This document shows, piece by piece, positions 33,795 to 45,922 of a stretch of 64,000 nt of DNA. This DNA comes from Balanoglossus misakiensis (Eukaryota; Animalia; Hemichordata): NCBI GenBank assembly GCA_040954595.2, contig CM082582.2, positions 5,006,303 through 5,070,302 on the forward strand, written 5' to 3'. The notes below the pieces were generated by a model that had not been told where the DNA came from, did no database searches, and was given only the letters and a program-made list of their open reading frames with translations. How positions within the stretch are numbered: position 1 is the stretch's first letter; each line of letters opens with the position of its first letter. The translations under genes were made by a program, and so were the position numbers.

Positions 33795-36608
33795 ATGCCC
33801 CTGAAGAAGAAAAAGAAGTCTGGAAAGAAGAAAGGGTAAAGTCCCATTGTTTATTTGTCAGGTTTTGTTGTGTAGACACCACACAGCTGAGCTGTTGTTG
33901 TTGTTGTTGTGTCGATACACATCAATCATGCACATAGGGGACTGTGGTCCCATCAAAATCCATCAAAATCAACAACGCGAAGCCCCTCTGATACAACTGC
34001 AAAATAGAGCAATTTGTCAGATTCCAACTGCAAATGTAGCTCATTTACAGACATAGTCAAAATTGGGCGCGTTTGACCCCCCTGAGCTTTGAAGTCACGC
34101 AATAGTAACTTGCTGCAGTTTTACAGCCCCTCCATCTCCCCTGGACGATTTTTGTTTTTGCGGGGAGAGGGTAGGCGCCCTCTCCCCGCAAAAATCAAAA
34201 AATCGTCCAGGGGAGATGGAGGGGCTGCAAAACTGCAGCAAGCAATTAACAAGTATATGTTTATGTGTTCCTTTCAATCAGTGGGCTTGGAGGAAAGGGA
34301 AAGAAGAGGAAGAAGTCATCCAAGAAGAAACTTACCAAATCTGAGAAAGCTGCCGTAAGTTAACTCACACAGTTGAAGTTGGCTGACTTGTGTGATAATG
34401 TACATGTACCAGGATCTACTGATAGAACTATTGGCTGTCACCAAATAATCTGCTCATTCATTCATTCCTTCGTTCATTCCCCCTTTTGCTTACATAACAA
34501 CAACAACAACAACAACAACAAAATAATATTGTCTCAGCTCTGATAGACAGAATGTTGGTGTGATTGACAGAATGTTTCTGTTTTTTTTTTCATTTCAGTT
34601 GAAATTGGACAAAGCCGTAGATGACTTTGTTGGTGATCTTGACCGATACAACAATTTCATTGCCCGCATGGATAAATGGATTCTAGAGAATAGTAAAATA
34701 ATAATAGAATTGTTCCGAAGTTATGATGTTGACACCATAACCTATGATGAATTCAAATCAGGTATGTGTTCAATTCTAAACCATGGGTGAGTGACACTGG
34801 AACTGTGTTGATTTTTTATCTAAAGTTTACATGAAGTACCATGACTTTTTCCCTATCAAACTGTGACTGGTGGCATGACTTTGACTTTGCGGGCGGATTG
34901 ACCTGTTGATGCCCTGCTGGCCTGTATTGACCAAAGCCTGGAATAAATGGAAAAGCACCTTATATTGTATGAACCTCAAAATAATGAAAACTCTAACGTG
35001 AAAGGTGAACATTTAATAAGCTATGTTAATGCATCAAGAATGGTGCCTAAGACTGCATATGATGCGAAAAACCATATTGTATTTGTTTATCAAACATGTG
35101 TAAATCAATTAGAGTTTTAACATTCTTTCCCTCTGCAGGCATGTTTGATCTTGATGCTCCTTGTAACAACCTGGAGTTACACATTATAGCATTGAGAATT
35201 GACCGACGTAAGACAGGGAATATTGATTACTTAGAGCTGAGTAAAGGACTTAGATTTTATAGGTAAGCTGTGATGACATCTGGCATACTGTAAAACAATT
35301 TTCGTGACAGAAAAATTTCGCGATATCAAAAGCCGCAATTGTTACGTGATGATTAATTTTCGCATGCTTGTATTTCACTGCACATTATCTCTGAAAAACA
35401 TATTTTTATGTGACATTGTTTTCTTGCATAGTTCGTGAAAATTTCTCATTTTACAGTATGTAACACAGACGTGGTGGCAACTATGTCAAACCTTCTTTGT
35501 TCTACCCACAATGTACTTGTACAACCCAACTTCGACAGTCAATTGCTCCCTCTTACTTGTTCGAGTGCTAGACCTAACAATAATGCAGTGCTTGAATTCA
35601 GTGAAATAATACATTGACCGAGTAACCCTTTACTAACCCTGAGTTTGTCCCAAGCCATATTGTCCACGGTAGTGTTGGACCTGTGTACTGGGAAAATGGG
35701 GGTGAAAAACCATTGACTCTTCTGACTTTGTGCTTGTATGTTTAGGGAAGACGAAGAGGAGGAAGGAGAAGATGAGGGGGAGGGTCTGGAGGATGAGCTG
35801 GAGGAGGTAGAAGACGACGCAGAAGAGGAGGAAGAGGTAGATGAGCAGGCAGCAGCTGATAAAGCCAGAGACTTGATTCTGTTTGGACAGAAAGCAGAGG
35901 AGGAGACGGAGGAACCAGAGGAGGAGGAACCGGTCGAGGAAATCAAATTGACAATTACAAAAGAGGACATAGAGCACTGTTCCTGCTGTAAAGTTGGACT
36001 CTGGAAACCATATAAGAACAGAACACCAAAGTAAGTGACAGTGAGCGGATAAAATTTGCATTTTATCCAAATCAAGATATCATTATTACCGGGTAGCATA
36101 TTTCAACTGATTTAGGGGTCTATTGTGCTATTTAACAGATATGGACTGTTTTTCTTTGAAATAACACAGAGATAGTGAAGTGTCTGGATTGGTTACAAAT
36201 CCTCTTCAGGTGTCTGGTCAACCTCATGTTTTGTCTGTGTTACAGTGTTAGACTCACCTCCCTTTTCACCCACTTTTCAGGTACGTTCTCCTTCACCTCA
36301 GACTGGTGACCTTTGACAAGGTCAGGTCGTACCCCGGACACCTGACCAGACTGGTGCACTCCCATCTCACCATCTACGGCGTCATGCAAATCATTTTCGA
36401 AGAAGCTGCCATCCTGACCTCCAAACTGAAAGTGTTCAGCGACAAGTCGCGGACGGCTGAGGCCCTGCTGAAACCCAGCGTGACTCTCGAGGAATGTGGC
36501 TTTGAAGGCGGAGTTTATCAAGATCCAGAGAAGGCAATTCTGTATTACGATTATCAGACTGAGTTTCACGATTGCCCAATTCTGATGTCCGATTACTATT
36601 TTGTGTAA
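33795..36608 (+). CDS. Uncharacterised ~337-aa protein: Lys-rich N-terminus, degenerate EF-hand pair, acidic tract, possible ubiquitin-like C-terminal domain
   Basis: Exons 33795-33835, 34282-34354, 34599-34761 (ELFRSYDVDTITYDEFKSG), 35139-35262 (IDRRKTGNIDYLEL), 35746-36030 (Glu/Asp-rich), 36281-36608 (LKPSVTLEECGFEG..LYYDY..DCPIL). Phases consistent, 1014 nt. Confidence 0.8.
34109..34242. mobile_element. 134-bp near-perfect palindrome (hairpin MITE) in intron
   Basis: CTTGCTGCAGTTTTACAGCCCCTCCATCTCCCCTGGACGATTTTT..GCGGGGAGAGGG pairs with CCCTCTCCCCGC..AAAAATCGTCCAGGGGAGATGGAGGGGCTGCAAAACTGCAGCAAG. Confidence 0.8.
35286..35457. mobile_element. MITE with TACTGTAAAA...TTTTACAGTA ends
   Basis: Terminal inverted repeat with TA flanks; related copies at 2179-2399 and 58316-58505. 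Confidence 0.65.
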
Positions 36609-38165
36609 AATCCCCCACGAGTACAAATTGTTTTTTATCTTACAGTACACTTACTCTTTTTGATCTTTACACAAATAACTTTTCTATGCTTCATTTAGTG
36701 AGTCTATACCTGATGCAATCACACAGTTGAATTAAATGTGGATATTTTATTAAATTTAAATGACAAGAATAGTTTAGGACAAAGTCTCAAAATTTACCCA
36801 TTTTAGAACAATACTACATTGCAGATTATTTTGTGTTCAAAAGAATAATATCATAATTTATCTTGCCATCATGGACTATTCACCAAGTACATGTATATAT
36901 AAAGGTTACAAATGTATACCTGTCATCTTGCATAGTACCAGTATGCTTATATGCAGCTGGCTTGTAATATCACAATTCTACGAAATTAAATAAAATATTT
37001 TTTTTAATATGGCTCTTTCTTGTGTTCTTTGTCCTACATAAATGGGAATGTGCATGGTTTGTATCCATTTTCAAACCAGCACTTTGTACATCACAGACAC
37101 ACACACAGACAAGCAAACAAACACATACTTCAACCCCTCCATGAGGTTAAAACTATCTCACAAAAGATCACCTTGTATTTATTGATGTACAAAACCATTA
37201 CACAGTAAAATTGGGAGATATACAAGAATCTTGCAAAATTGAGGAAAATATATAGCTTTACAAAGCAGATATATACTACAATATGATATAAATGTAAAAA
37301 GTAGCCCATAAAAATATGAACATTTGTCTTTGTACCCTGTATAGTTGTTATCAAAACTATCAAAAATTCGCCAGAAGTTTCACAAGAGTAAATACTTGAT
37401 TAAAATTTGAATTTCATGGTGTTTATTACAATTTCAAACTATCCTGGATATCAAATATGAGACTGGTGATATCAGACTGTGCTGTTACTCTACAGAGTTG
37501 AGGCACTGGGTATTACTACATGTTGTACTTAAAATAGCTATGATTTCTTTGTGTGTTTATTCTTAGCTAATGAAAGGCAAAGCACACAGCAGCTCTGATA
37601 ATAGCACCGTCAATATGGTACTTACACTGTCAGATTTTTTTTAAAGCTGAGGCAAACTTCACTTGTTCTATATCTGACTCAGAACAATACATTTTTTTCA
37701 CACTGATAGCCATTATCTTGTTAGCATTCTGAATCAATATTTCATGTGAAATTTCTGTCTTCTCCCGACTTGTAAAACTTGTCGAACAGCGCCCCCTTGT
37801 GGTCATATATTATATTTCTCATGTTTCTATATACATCAAGAAGTTTGTGAAAAACTTTTAAATATCATGCTATCAAATGGTATTTCTGTTAATTTTACCA
37901 AATGGAAAAACAAAATCAATTGATCTACAAATATAGGAATTACTGGAGTATGGAAACTACCGGTAACATGATTTTCCATACATGAGTTAGTAGAGATTAT
38001 AATAAGGTTCACGTCTACAACACAGGCAGCTCCATGGCATGTCTATGATATAAACTGCTCGCACACACCGTTGCATTGATATCTTTGGGATGAAACTCAG
38101 ATCACCATCCAGAGAGTAAATGCTTTGGCACTGTCAAATCTTTCCTCAAATTATTTCATGTTGAA

Positions 38166-39814
38166 CTAAACTTTATTACTGTCAGGAACTGGATTGATCT
38201 CAATATCAATAGTTTCGGGCGCTTCACTATTTACCGCGGTTTCAGGCCCTGCCCTATTGACAACGCCCGACCTTGGCACAGGTGGGCGTGGAGGGGGTCT
38301 GGAGGGTGGCCTTGTGGTCAGCGTTTTCTTTCTCAGTACGTCTCCCACCGGTTTCCAGTGCTCGCCCCCGAATGCAGCCTTGAAGTAGATGATGGCGGCA
38401 ATGAATAGGCACATTCCGCCCATCAGCGTTGGCAGTAGAAACACACACGGAACACTGGCTCTGTAAAGGCATGAAAGTTCACATCATTAATTACCCTTTC
38501 ACCACCATGGTTCAGTCCAAACCCATTGTTTTCTATGGTAAGGTTGGACCTCTACAGAGGGAATTGGGGGTGAAAGCGTTCAAAACCATAATGCAAAATG
38601 CCAGGTTTCACATCTATAAATAAATTCTGACAATCTAAATAAGATTGGTAAAAAAGTGACCATTTTAAAGTACTACTTACATCATGTAGGCAACAAAGCG
38701 AACATAATAATTTTGGGTAACTGGACCACATTTAATCATCAGTGGGTTCAACAGTCTTTGGAATCTACAAAAATAATTATTTTAAGCAAATCAGACAAAA
38801 AATAATACAGCGGGGTGAGTCATACTAGTTACAATTGAATTCAGAATGCCATAATCCGACGACACAGTATGTTGAGTCAAGAACACTAATAGAGGGAACT
38901 GGACCCTTTCAGGAATCAAAACTTTCTGTCATTCATTGGCAAAGTGTCCCATCCCAGACATAAACACTGGTAGATTACCTACTTTCGCTCAATTGTAGTT
39001 CCTTTCACTCGTTTGCTGCGTGGATACTCCAACATGCATATCAACACACCAGCAATACTAAAATAATATGGTTAAGAACTATTTATTCAGAGCACAGTAA
39101 AACTAAACTACCAGTAGATCACAACTAGTTTGAAAAAATCAGTCGTATATACATAGTGATACATACATACATACACATGACCTAAACCCTATGACGTACC
39201 TGAGGATGTTTGACACATGAAGAAAGTGCACTGCCCCAAAGTCAAACAGAAGGTTCTGCCTCTGGTCTAATAATTTACATACAAATGCAAGTTAAGTTAT
39301 TGAAGTGGAAATACAAATTGCACAGACCAATCTAGTATTGTGACTGACTGCCATATAAAAGGATACATGGTATAGACTCCATACTCCCAACCATCAAAGC
39401 CATTGACACCAATGATTCCGCCAGTGAGCATTACTGTATAATATACAAGGGAAACTTTCAAGTAAATTCAAATGTGTACATGCAATATTCTCTAAACACA
39501 GACAACTTTGCAAAGTCATTTAAAACAATGAGATGGCAATCAAGCAAATAATGATGTCGTATCACATGTAAATATTGCTGTAATTTCCATTATTGCAAAA
39601 TAATATGTATTACGTGACAGATTGCACGCAATACCAAAGCCTAGGGATCCGGAACCTGTGAAGCCGACATACATAACTTTGTACACGAATCACAACAACC
39701 CTCGAAACCCAATGCCTTTGTTGATACACTTGAGTTTTGACAGGTCAAATACTTACTCAAGCTACTCGCCAGCGCCTGCTCGTTGGCCCACATCGCCCAT
39801 TCGATCTGACCCAT
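38166..39814 (-). CDS. CYBA: Cytochrome b-245 light chain (p22phox)
   Basis: Exons 39814-39757 (MGQIEWAMWANEQALAS), 39433-39367, 39057-38983 (LEYPRSKR), 38764-38681 (NYYVR), 38460-38166 (GEHWKP, PPSRPPPRPP SH3-binding motif). Confidence 0.97.
39058..39366 (-). other. U12-type (minor spliceosome) GT-AG intron in CYBA
   Basis: Donor GTATCCTTTT; branch site TTCTTAAC close to the terminal TAG. Confidence 0.85.
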
Positions 39815-40460
39815 TCTCGGTGTTTTCGTTTAGTGTATCTATCCCAGGCGATCAGAGATTCGAAACCGGGGAGAGGAGTTCCTCACACAAACTCTCTCCA
39901 AAGTAAAACGACAAAGCCTCACCACGGCCAGGAAATGACCTCACGATAAGAAACGAGGTCACGTGTGCTTTTATTAACAGACTGTAGGTTCGTCTTGACG
40001 TAAATTTCTTACAAACTTCTTCTCTATGTATATAAATAATATTTGTTGATAATTTTGTATTTTTTTATATTCAATGTTATATTTAAAATCCACCATGCGG
40101 ACAATTTTGAATGTCATAAACAAATATGGATTGTTTTAGGGATGAACCATTATGGTATACCGGGGTCTAGAATAAAGCTTTAACTAGAATAAAGCTTTAA
40201 TAAAAGTTATGCTATCTTTTTTTCTGAAATATTCAGTCTATCGATACAATTTGCGCTATGACGTTCTTTTTAACGGTAAAAGGAAAAATGTTTTCTGTCA
40301 AGTTTAACTACCAAATTATAGTATCTTCCCCAGATATTCATCCAGTCCCCCTCCCTATAATTATATTGGTCACTCCTTAGCATTATGCAGCTCCGGGGGT
40401 TAAAAGGTCAGCTTGGACACGTGATCACCACCGCGGGAAAAGTTTGGATTTTAATTCAAG

Positions 40461-43400
40461 ATGGCTCAGAGTCGGGTGACGGAGTACTACAACTCTCGCA
40501 AAAGACATGGCGATTTACAGCCGTCAAAGCGACGCAAAGTGCAGAGAACAAATTTACAACAGGATCCCTTCGGTGATTTTTCGGACAGCTCGGTTACAAA
40601 GGAATCCGACGCCAGCACGTCTCCCGAAACTGTCTCGACAAGTTCCAGGCCCATCCGGGGCTCCACAAAGAAGAAGGTGACATTGACTTCAGCTCGCACC
40701 CGGAACAGAAAGGCAGCCGGTAAAACAAAGACTGTAGGTCCAATCGAGAAGGCATTCCGACGATTACGTAGCAGTGCTTGTGAAACCGAAGACTGTTCCT
40801 CGTCCAGCGATCTCGACCTGCGTGTGAGCGACTCCGATTTGAGTTCCACCACCTCAGAACCGACTGCAAATGTCGATGACCATGACACGATCTCCAGACT
40901 TTCTCCACCCGGAACGCCGACGAAACGATGTAAATCAATGGAGAGTGGACCCATCTCCCGCAAAAGACGCAAACCAGCGTCCCGTCTACACTCTCAGAAC
41001 AGCTTTGATTACAGCGAAGAAACAAAGGCCCCAACCCCAGCAGAATTCCACTTTGAAATGCCAGGCAATAAACCCAAACAAACAGAACAGCTTGAAAAGC
41101 GAATAAGAAAGAAAGTTTCACCACCGAAAGAAGTGGCAGCTAAAAAAAGACTTGAGCTGAAACCCAAAGAGAATACCAAACAAGCCAGCCAGGTGCCAAC
41201 CCAAGAAGTGATAAAAACGCCAAAAGTTTCAAAATCTAAGGTAAATGTTGTGTAATAGTGTTGACCTTGTTTTGAATTCAATTAATTAATTAATGAAATT
41301 ACTGATTTAATTATTCAATTTAGTTGTTAAGTAAAGAAATGTGCTTGTATGGGTAGCATTTTAGATAAACTCAGTACACCCAATTTAAAGGGACATTAGT
41401 TGTAACTTTTGCCTCTGTTTACAGTATTTTTGTTTTGTGTACAGTACCAAAATGCAGTCTTGTTCTACTCCACACAGCATGGAACTATGCCCAGTACTCC
41501 ACTTGTCAGCAATGACTGTGTGTGTGTAATGACCATTGACAAAATGAATTTGTTATTATTGACAAATGGATTTTAGTCTGGACTTGAGTTCAAATTTTGA
41601 TGGGCATTTTATTATGCTTGGTGGATATGAACAAGAAGCTGCAATATATACGCAAAACAAAACTGAAAACATAGCAAAAAGTTACAGCTGGAACTTTTTC
41701 ACCAGCCAGGAGTCGATTGAATTTGTAGGACTTCAAGATGTGAATTGTGGGGGAGACGCCAAGTTTCAATCATGTGAACTGTAACCAACTATAAGTAGTT
41801 CTGTACCTAACCACTGAGTCAAATTTTCACACAGCACTCAACTGCCAAGGATCATGCATCCCCTGCCAGTGCGCCACCAAAGTCACCAATGGTTGGAGGA
41901 TTCAAAGTGGTTCATACACCAAAAAAGAACCAACTTACGCCGCGCAAAGAAAGCACCTCATCCACCCCTACCAGGGATGTGTCACCAGTGATCAACACGC
42001 CTCTGAGAGATAAAGTGAAAGCAGCAAAACTGAAGGTACAGTAATATTTTGATGATTTTTGAAAGCGTGTCTTTTGTTCCTCATAGCTGTTCTTTCTCAA
42101 GCACGTGGCACATGTCAAAATTAGACATTCAGATACTTGCGCATACAAAAAACCTTGATACCAAAATGGTGCTTACAGATCATTCAAAACTTGCAATGAT
42201 TTGACACCTATGGCTGCCTGATACTTCAGTTAACAAAAAGATGGAGATGCAGTGTAGATACAACTTGCAAAAAGTTTGGTGCAAGAATTGATGATAATGG
42301 AGTCCTGGAACATAAAATTAAAAATCCAGTGCCCTACTGTAGACACTTCATGGATTCCTGTCTTATTGAAGTATACATGTAAATGTCTCTATTAATACTG
42401 AAACATAATTTCTTTATAAATGTTTTTTTTTTGAAAACAGGAGAAGTTATCCCCTGCAACTGTCAAAGAGCGACTCTCCAAAGTTAGCAACCTAGCTGAA
42501 CTGCAGGCCCGTCTCGCCAAGGTCAAGGAACACACAGACAAGAGTAAAGTAAAGAAACCACTGCCATCATTACCACCCAAGGTTGACACGACAACCACTA
42601 CATCAACAAAGGATGAAGGTCAAAGGTAAGCTGCAATATATGATGGTCAATATGTTCTCTGGATGAAATAGTTTTGATATGGAGACTGCAGGTCCTCAAA
42701 ATCTCATGCAAAATACTAGTTGCTAGCATAGTATAGGTAAGGAATATATCTTTTTAGTTTCCAGTGCTATTTTCACATGACATATTATTTTGAAAGCTTT
42801 TATTTTCATTCTGAATGCACAGAAAGTAATTATGTAAAAGCAGTTTAGTTTCCGAAGAATCTTGTGTTCTATGTCTATTTCACCATACAAAACAGTGTAG
42901 TTTGGCAATAACCATGGTGACGAGAGGGTTAATTAATGCATTTCTTGGTTCTTTACAAATTGTCTTCTGTAGTAAGATGCCTGCGTATGAGAAATACCAC
43001 TCTCTGGCTGTACCTGTTCCACCATCCCTGACACTGCCATACAAGTACAAGATTTTAGAAGAGATGTTCCGAAGCGTGGATACCATTGTAAGCTTACTGA
43101 GGAACAGATCTGAAACCTGCACGTTTGCTAAACTCAAAGGTGCTGTGCAGGAAATGATCAGAAAGTAAGTTGTATTACTAGGCAAAACACAAAGACCAGA
43201 GCACACATTCGTATGTTGTATCCATTTCCTGAAAATCTCCTCCCACACAAGTCTTTCAAAGAAGGGGTGCAACTTACATGTATAAAATAACTTTAATGGT
43301 AATATGCAAAACATACAAAAAGCAATTCTGTGTACTATTCATGAATATGTATTTTTCATTCTTGAATCCAGTCCTAGTGTGAATGGGACCAAAATTAGTT

Positions 43401-45922
43401 ATAATTTTGTTGAGTTTTATGTCCCAAACTTTTGTTATGTGTATATATTTTTGATATTTCACCCAGGATTCAAACCCACATTACTTACAGTTGACCAATA
43501 TTCACTGAATGATTATCATGCTGATCGTCTTGCAATGTTTCTCACATATCAATGTCATTGCATCATTATTTTTTCGAAGAACTTTTGAAGTGAAGAACCT
43601 TGGCCAGATCAAGACAGTTTACCCATCAGCCTATGTGTTCAGGCAAGAGAAGGGAATCCCGTACTCCAGGAATGGTCTGAAGTCCTCCGACTATCAGCTG
43701 ACCATCGACGCTAACTTTGACTGTCCAATGGCGGATAACCAAGGAGAAGCCAACGGTGACGGCAAAGCCCTCAAACTCACGTCGAGCAAACTTCTGGAGA
43801 GAAAAAGTGTGTTCCATCGCCAGCTTGTGAATATTGTGAAGCATCATCATCAGGTACGTGCCTGCTTCAAGTAAGGGGAGGGGGGGAAGAATAATAATAG
43901 ACCCAGGCTCAAAATGGCTGTGTGTGAACAATGCCTGTATCAGTTCATGGACATACTGGATTTGCCATTGTACAGTGTGCCCTCTAACAATGATTTTCAA
44001 AAGCTCAATTTGGCCATTTCTGGACATTTCTAAGTGTACATCTACATGTATTAGTACTATGGATAATTTTTATGCGACACCAGTGAGTCTGGCACAGCAT
44101 ATTAGTGCAGGGAGCAAATTCAATCAAGAAATATCCTAAAACAGGTCACCGTCATCAGAAAAGTAATAACGGGTCATTCTCTCTTTCTTGATAGAATTTT
44201 TTGAGTAATCTGCCGCAACCACTGTCAGTGCCTGACGACAAGATAACAAGATGGCATCCGAAATTTCCAGTTGACCAAGTACCAGACATAGAGTCAGCAC
44301 CACTGCCAGAACCACCAAATATCATGAAATACACAACGGCGCGAGATGTTTTAAACAAAGCCCGTGATATGCTGCATCCCAGGGTAAGTAATGACATCTT
44401 TAATTAATTAATTAATTAATTCATTCATTATTCTTATAAATATTTTCATTAATTAATTTTTATCGAACTTTCAAAATTGGATACACAGTGCATTCCAGTG
44501 AGTGACTCATTATATATACACAGCTGATTTTTTGTTTCACAAAAAAACAGTTCTTTGTACAGAGAAAAACAGTCTATTGTTTATATCTAAAGAAATACTA
44601 GTACATGTACCCAAGTTTTTCTACCCAGCACTGAAACACTGATTGTCTCACAAATGTATGCAGCTTACCAACTATCGTGTCTCCAACTTTTTCTGGTTTA
44701 CTTTACAAAGTCTTTGTGATAAATTTTTGGAATAAGTACTGGATTTATATGTAAGCTTTAATTAATTTGTCTATTTTCAGGTTGAAAAAGTTCTAGAGAA
44801 AGTTGCTGAGAAATCAGAAAGAGAAGCAGAAGAGAAAATGAAGATTGAATCAAAACCTCAGGAGTCAGTGAAGAAAAGTGGCAATTCTATGAAGGGTGTT
44901 CCACAGTCACTTTTAGAAAGAGTGAGTCTTCAATATCGCTTCTTTAAGAACATCTATGAAGAAGAACAGTTTTGGAGAAGTAGTCTCATTATTTAACACG
45001 GCAAATGAAAGATATTTTTATATTGCACATTCTGAAAAATTGCCTGGGAAGTTTTGCAGGCTACAATGATATTGTCACAAAACGTTTAGATATATTTATA
45101 TACATCTACCCGAAGTATGATAATTGATCAAGTACATATCATGTGTTTGTAATTTGCCTATTGATGTTTATATTTTACAGATCAGAGCTAAGGAAGCCAA
45201 AAAGATGGAGGCAGCTTTGACGAGAGACCCTTCTGAAGATAAGAAAACGGTTCAGATGGAGAAGTTACCAGATCTTTGTCGTATTTTGAGAGGGTATCCT
45301 TTATATTCAGAGCATTAATTTAAATTAATTTTTTTAGTCTGAACTAAACAGCGACCCATTTGATATGTACCTTCATGCAGAAGTCTGCTGTAGATGATTG
45401 TCCAGTGAAACCGTGTACTGTTTTTCCTTAACTCTTGACACAGTTTCTTCCTTGCTGAGAAAAAGGCAGCCATACCCATGGAAGCTGCTTCCCAGAAGTT
45501 GTCCGAAAGTTACAAATCCTCTATTTCAACCGGTATGTGCAAACAGGGTTTATAGTACTCGGCATAGGAATGTGTGTGTGTCAGTTAGTTCCTTTGACAT
45601 AGAATCACATGTTAAAATAACCATAATAAACCAGACACCTGCAAACTGAACAATTTTGATGTTCAGTTTAGGTAGGTTTTACTGTATTACCGATTTTGGA
45701 AGTGAAGCATCTAAGCTTTCTTTTTTTATGATATGATTATCATCAAGATTTTTTTTTTTTGCAGTTGATGTTGAAGAGCATATCAAGCTAATGTCTGAAC
45801 TTCTACCAGAATGGTTGTCCATCATCACCATCCGAAAAGTCACCTATCTGAAAATTGACAAGAAGATGGATACCAACACTTTGACGGTCAAGATCAACAA
45901 GATGGTGAAAGAACGCAAATGA
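40461..45922 (+). CDS. CDT1: DNA replication licensing factor Cdt1
   Basis: PIP-degron [15 protein letters not shown]. Exons 40461-41240, 41835-42035, 42441-42625, 42973-43164 ([25 protein letters not shown]), 43580-43853 (LGQIKTVYP), 44195-44383 (RWHPKF), 44781-44921 ([10 protein letters not shown]), 45181-45293, 45444-45532, 45765-45922 (LLPEWL). Confidence 0.96.
45294..45443 (+). other. U12-type GT-AG intron in CDT1
   Basis: Donor GTATCCTTT; branch site TTTTCCTTAAC about 11 nt before the end of the CAG acceptor; reading frame continues (ILRG|FFLAEKK). Confidence 0.9.

Noticed and set aside
35539-36099. Ser-rich minus-strand ORFs
   Set aside because: Antisense shadows of the acidic exon.
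40487-41281. Antisense ORFs over CDT1 exon 1
   Set aside because: Shadow frames with no independent motifs or splice support.
41386-41697. Possible TTAA-flanked element with TGTAACTTTTG/AAAAGTTACA inverted ends
   Set aside because: Right end too degenerate to delimit.
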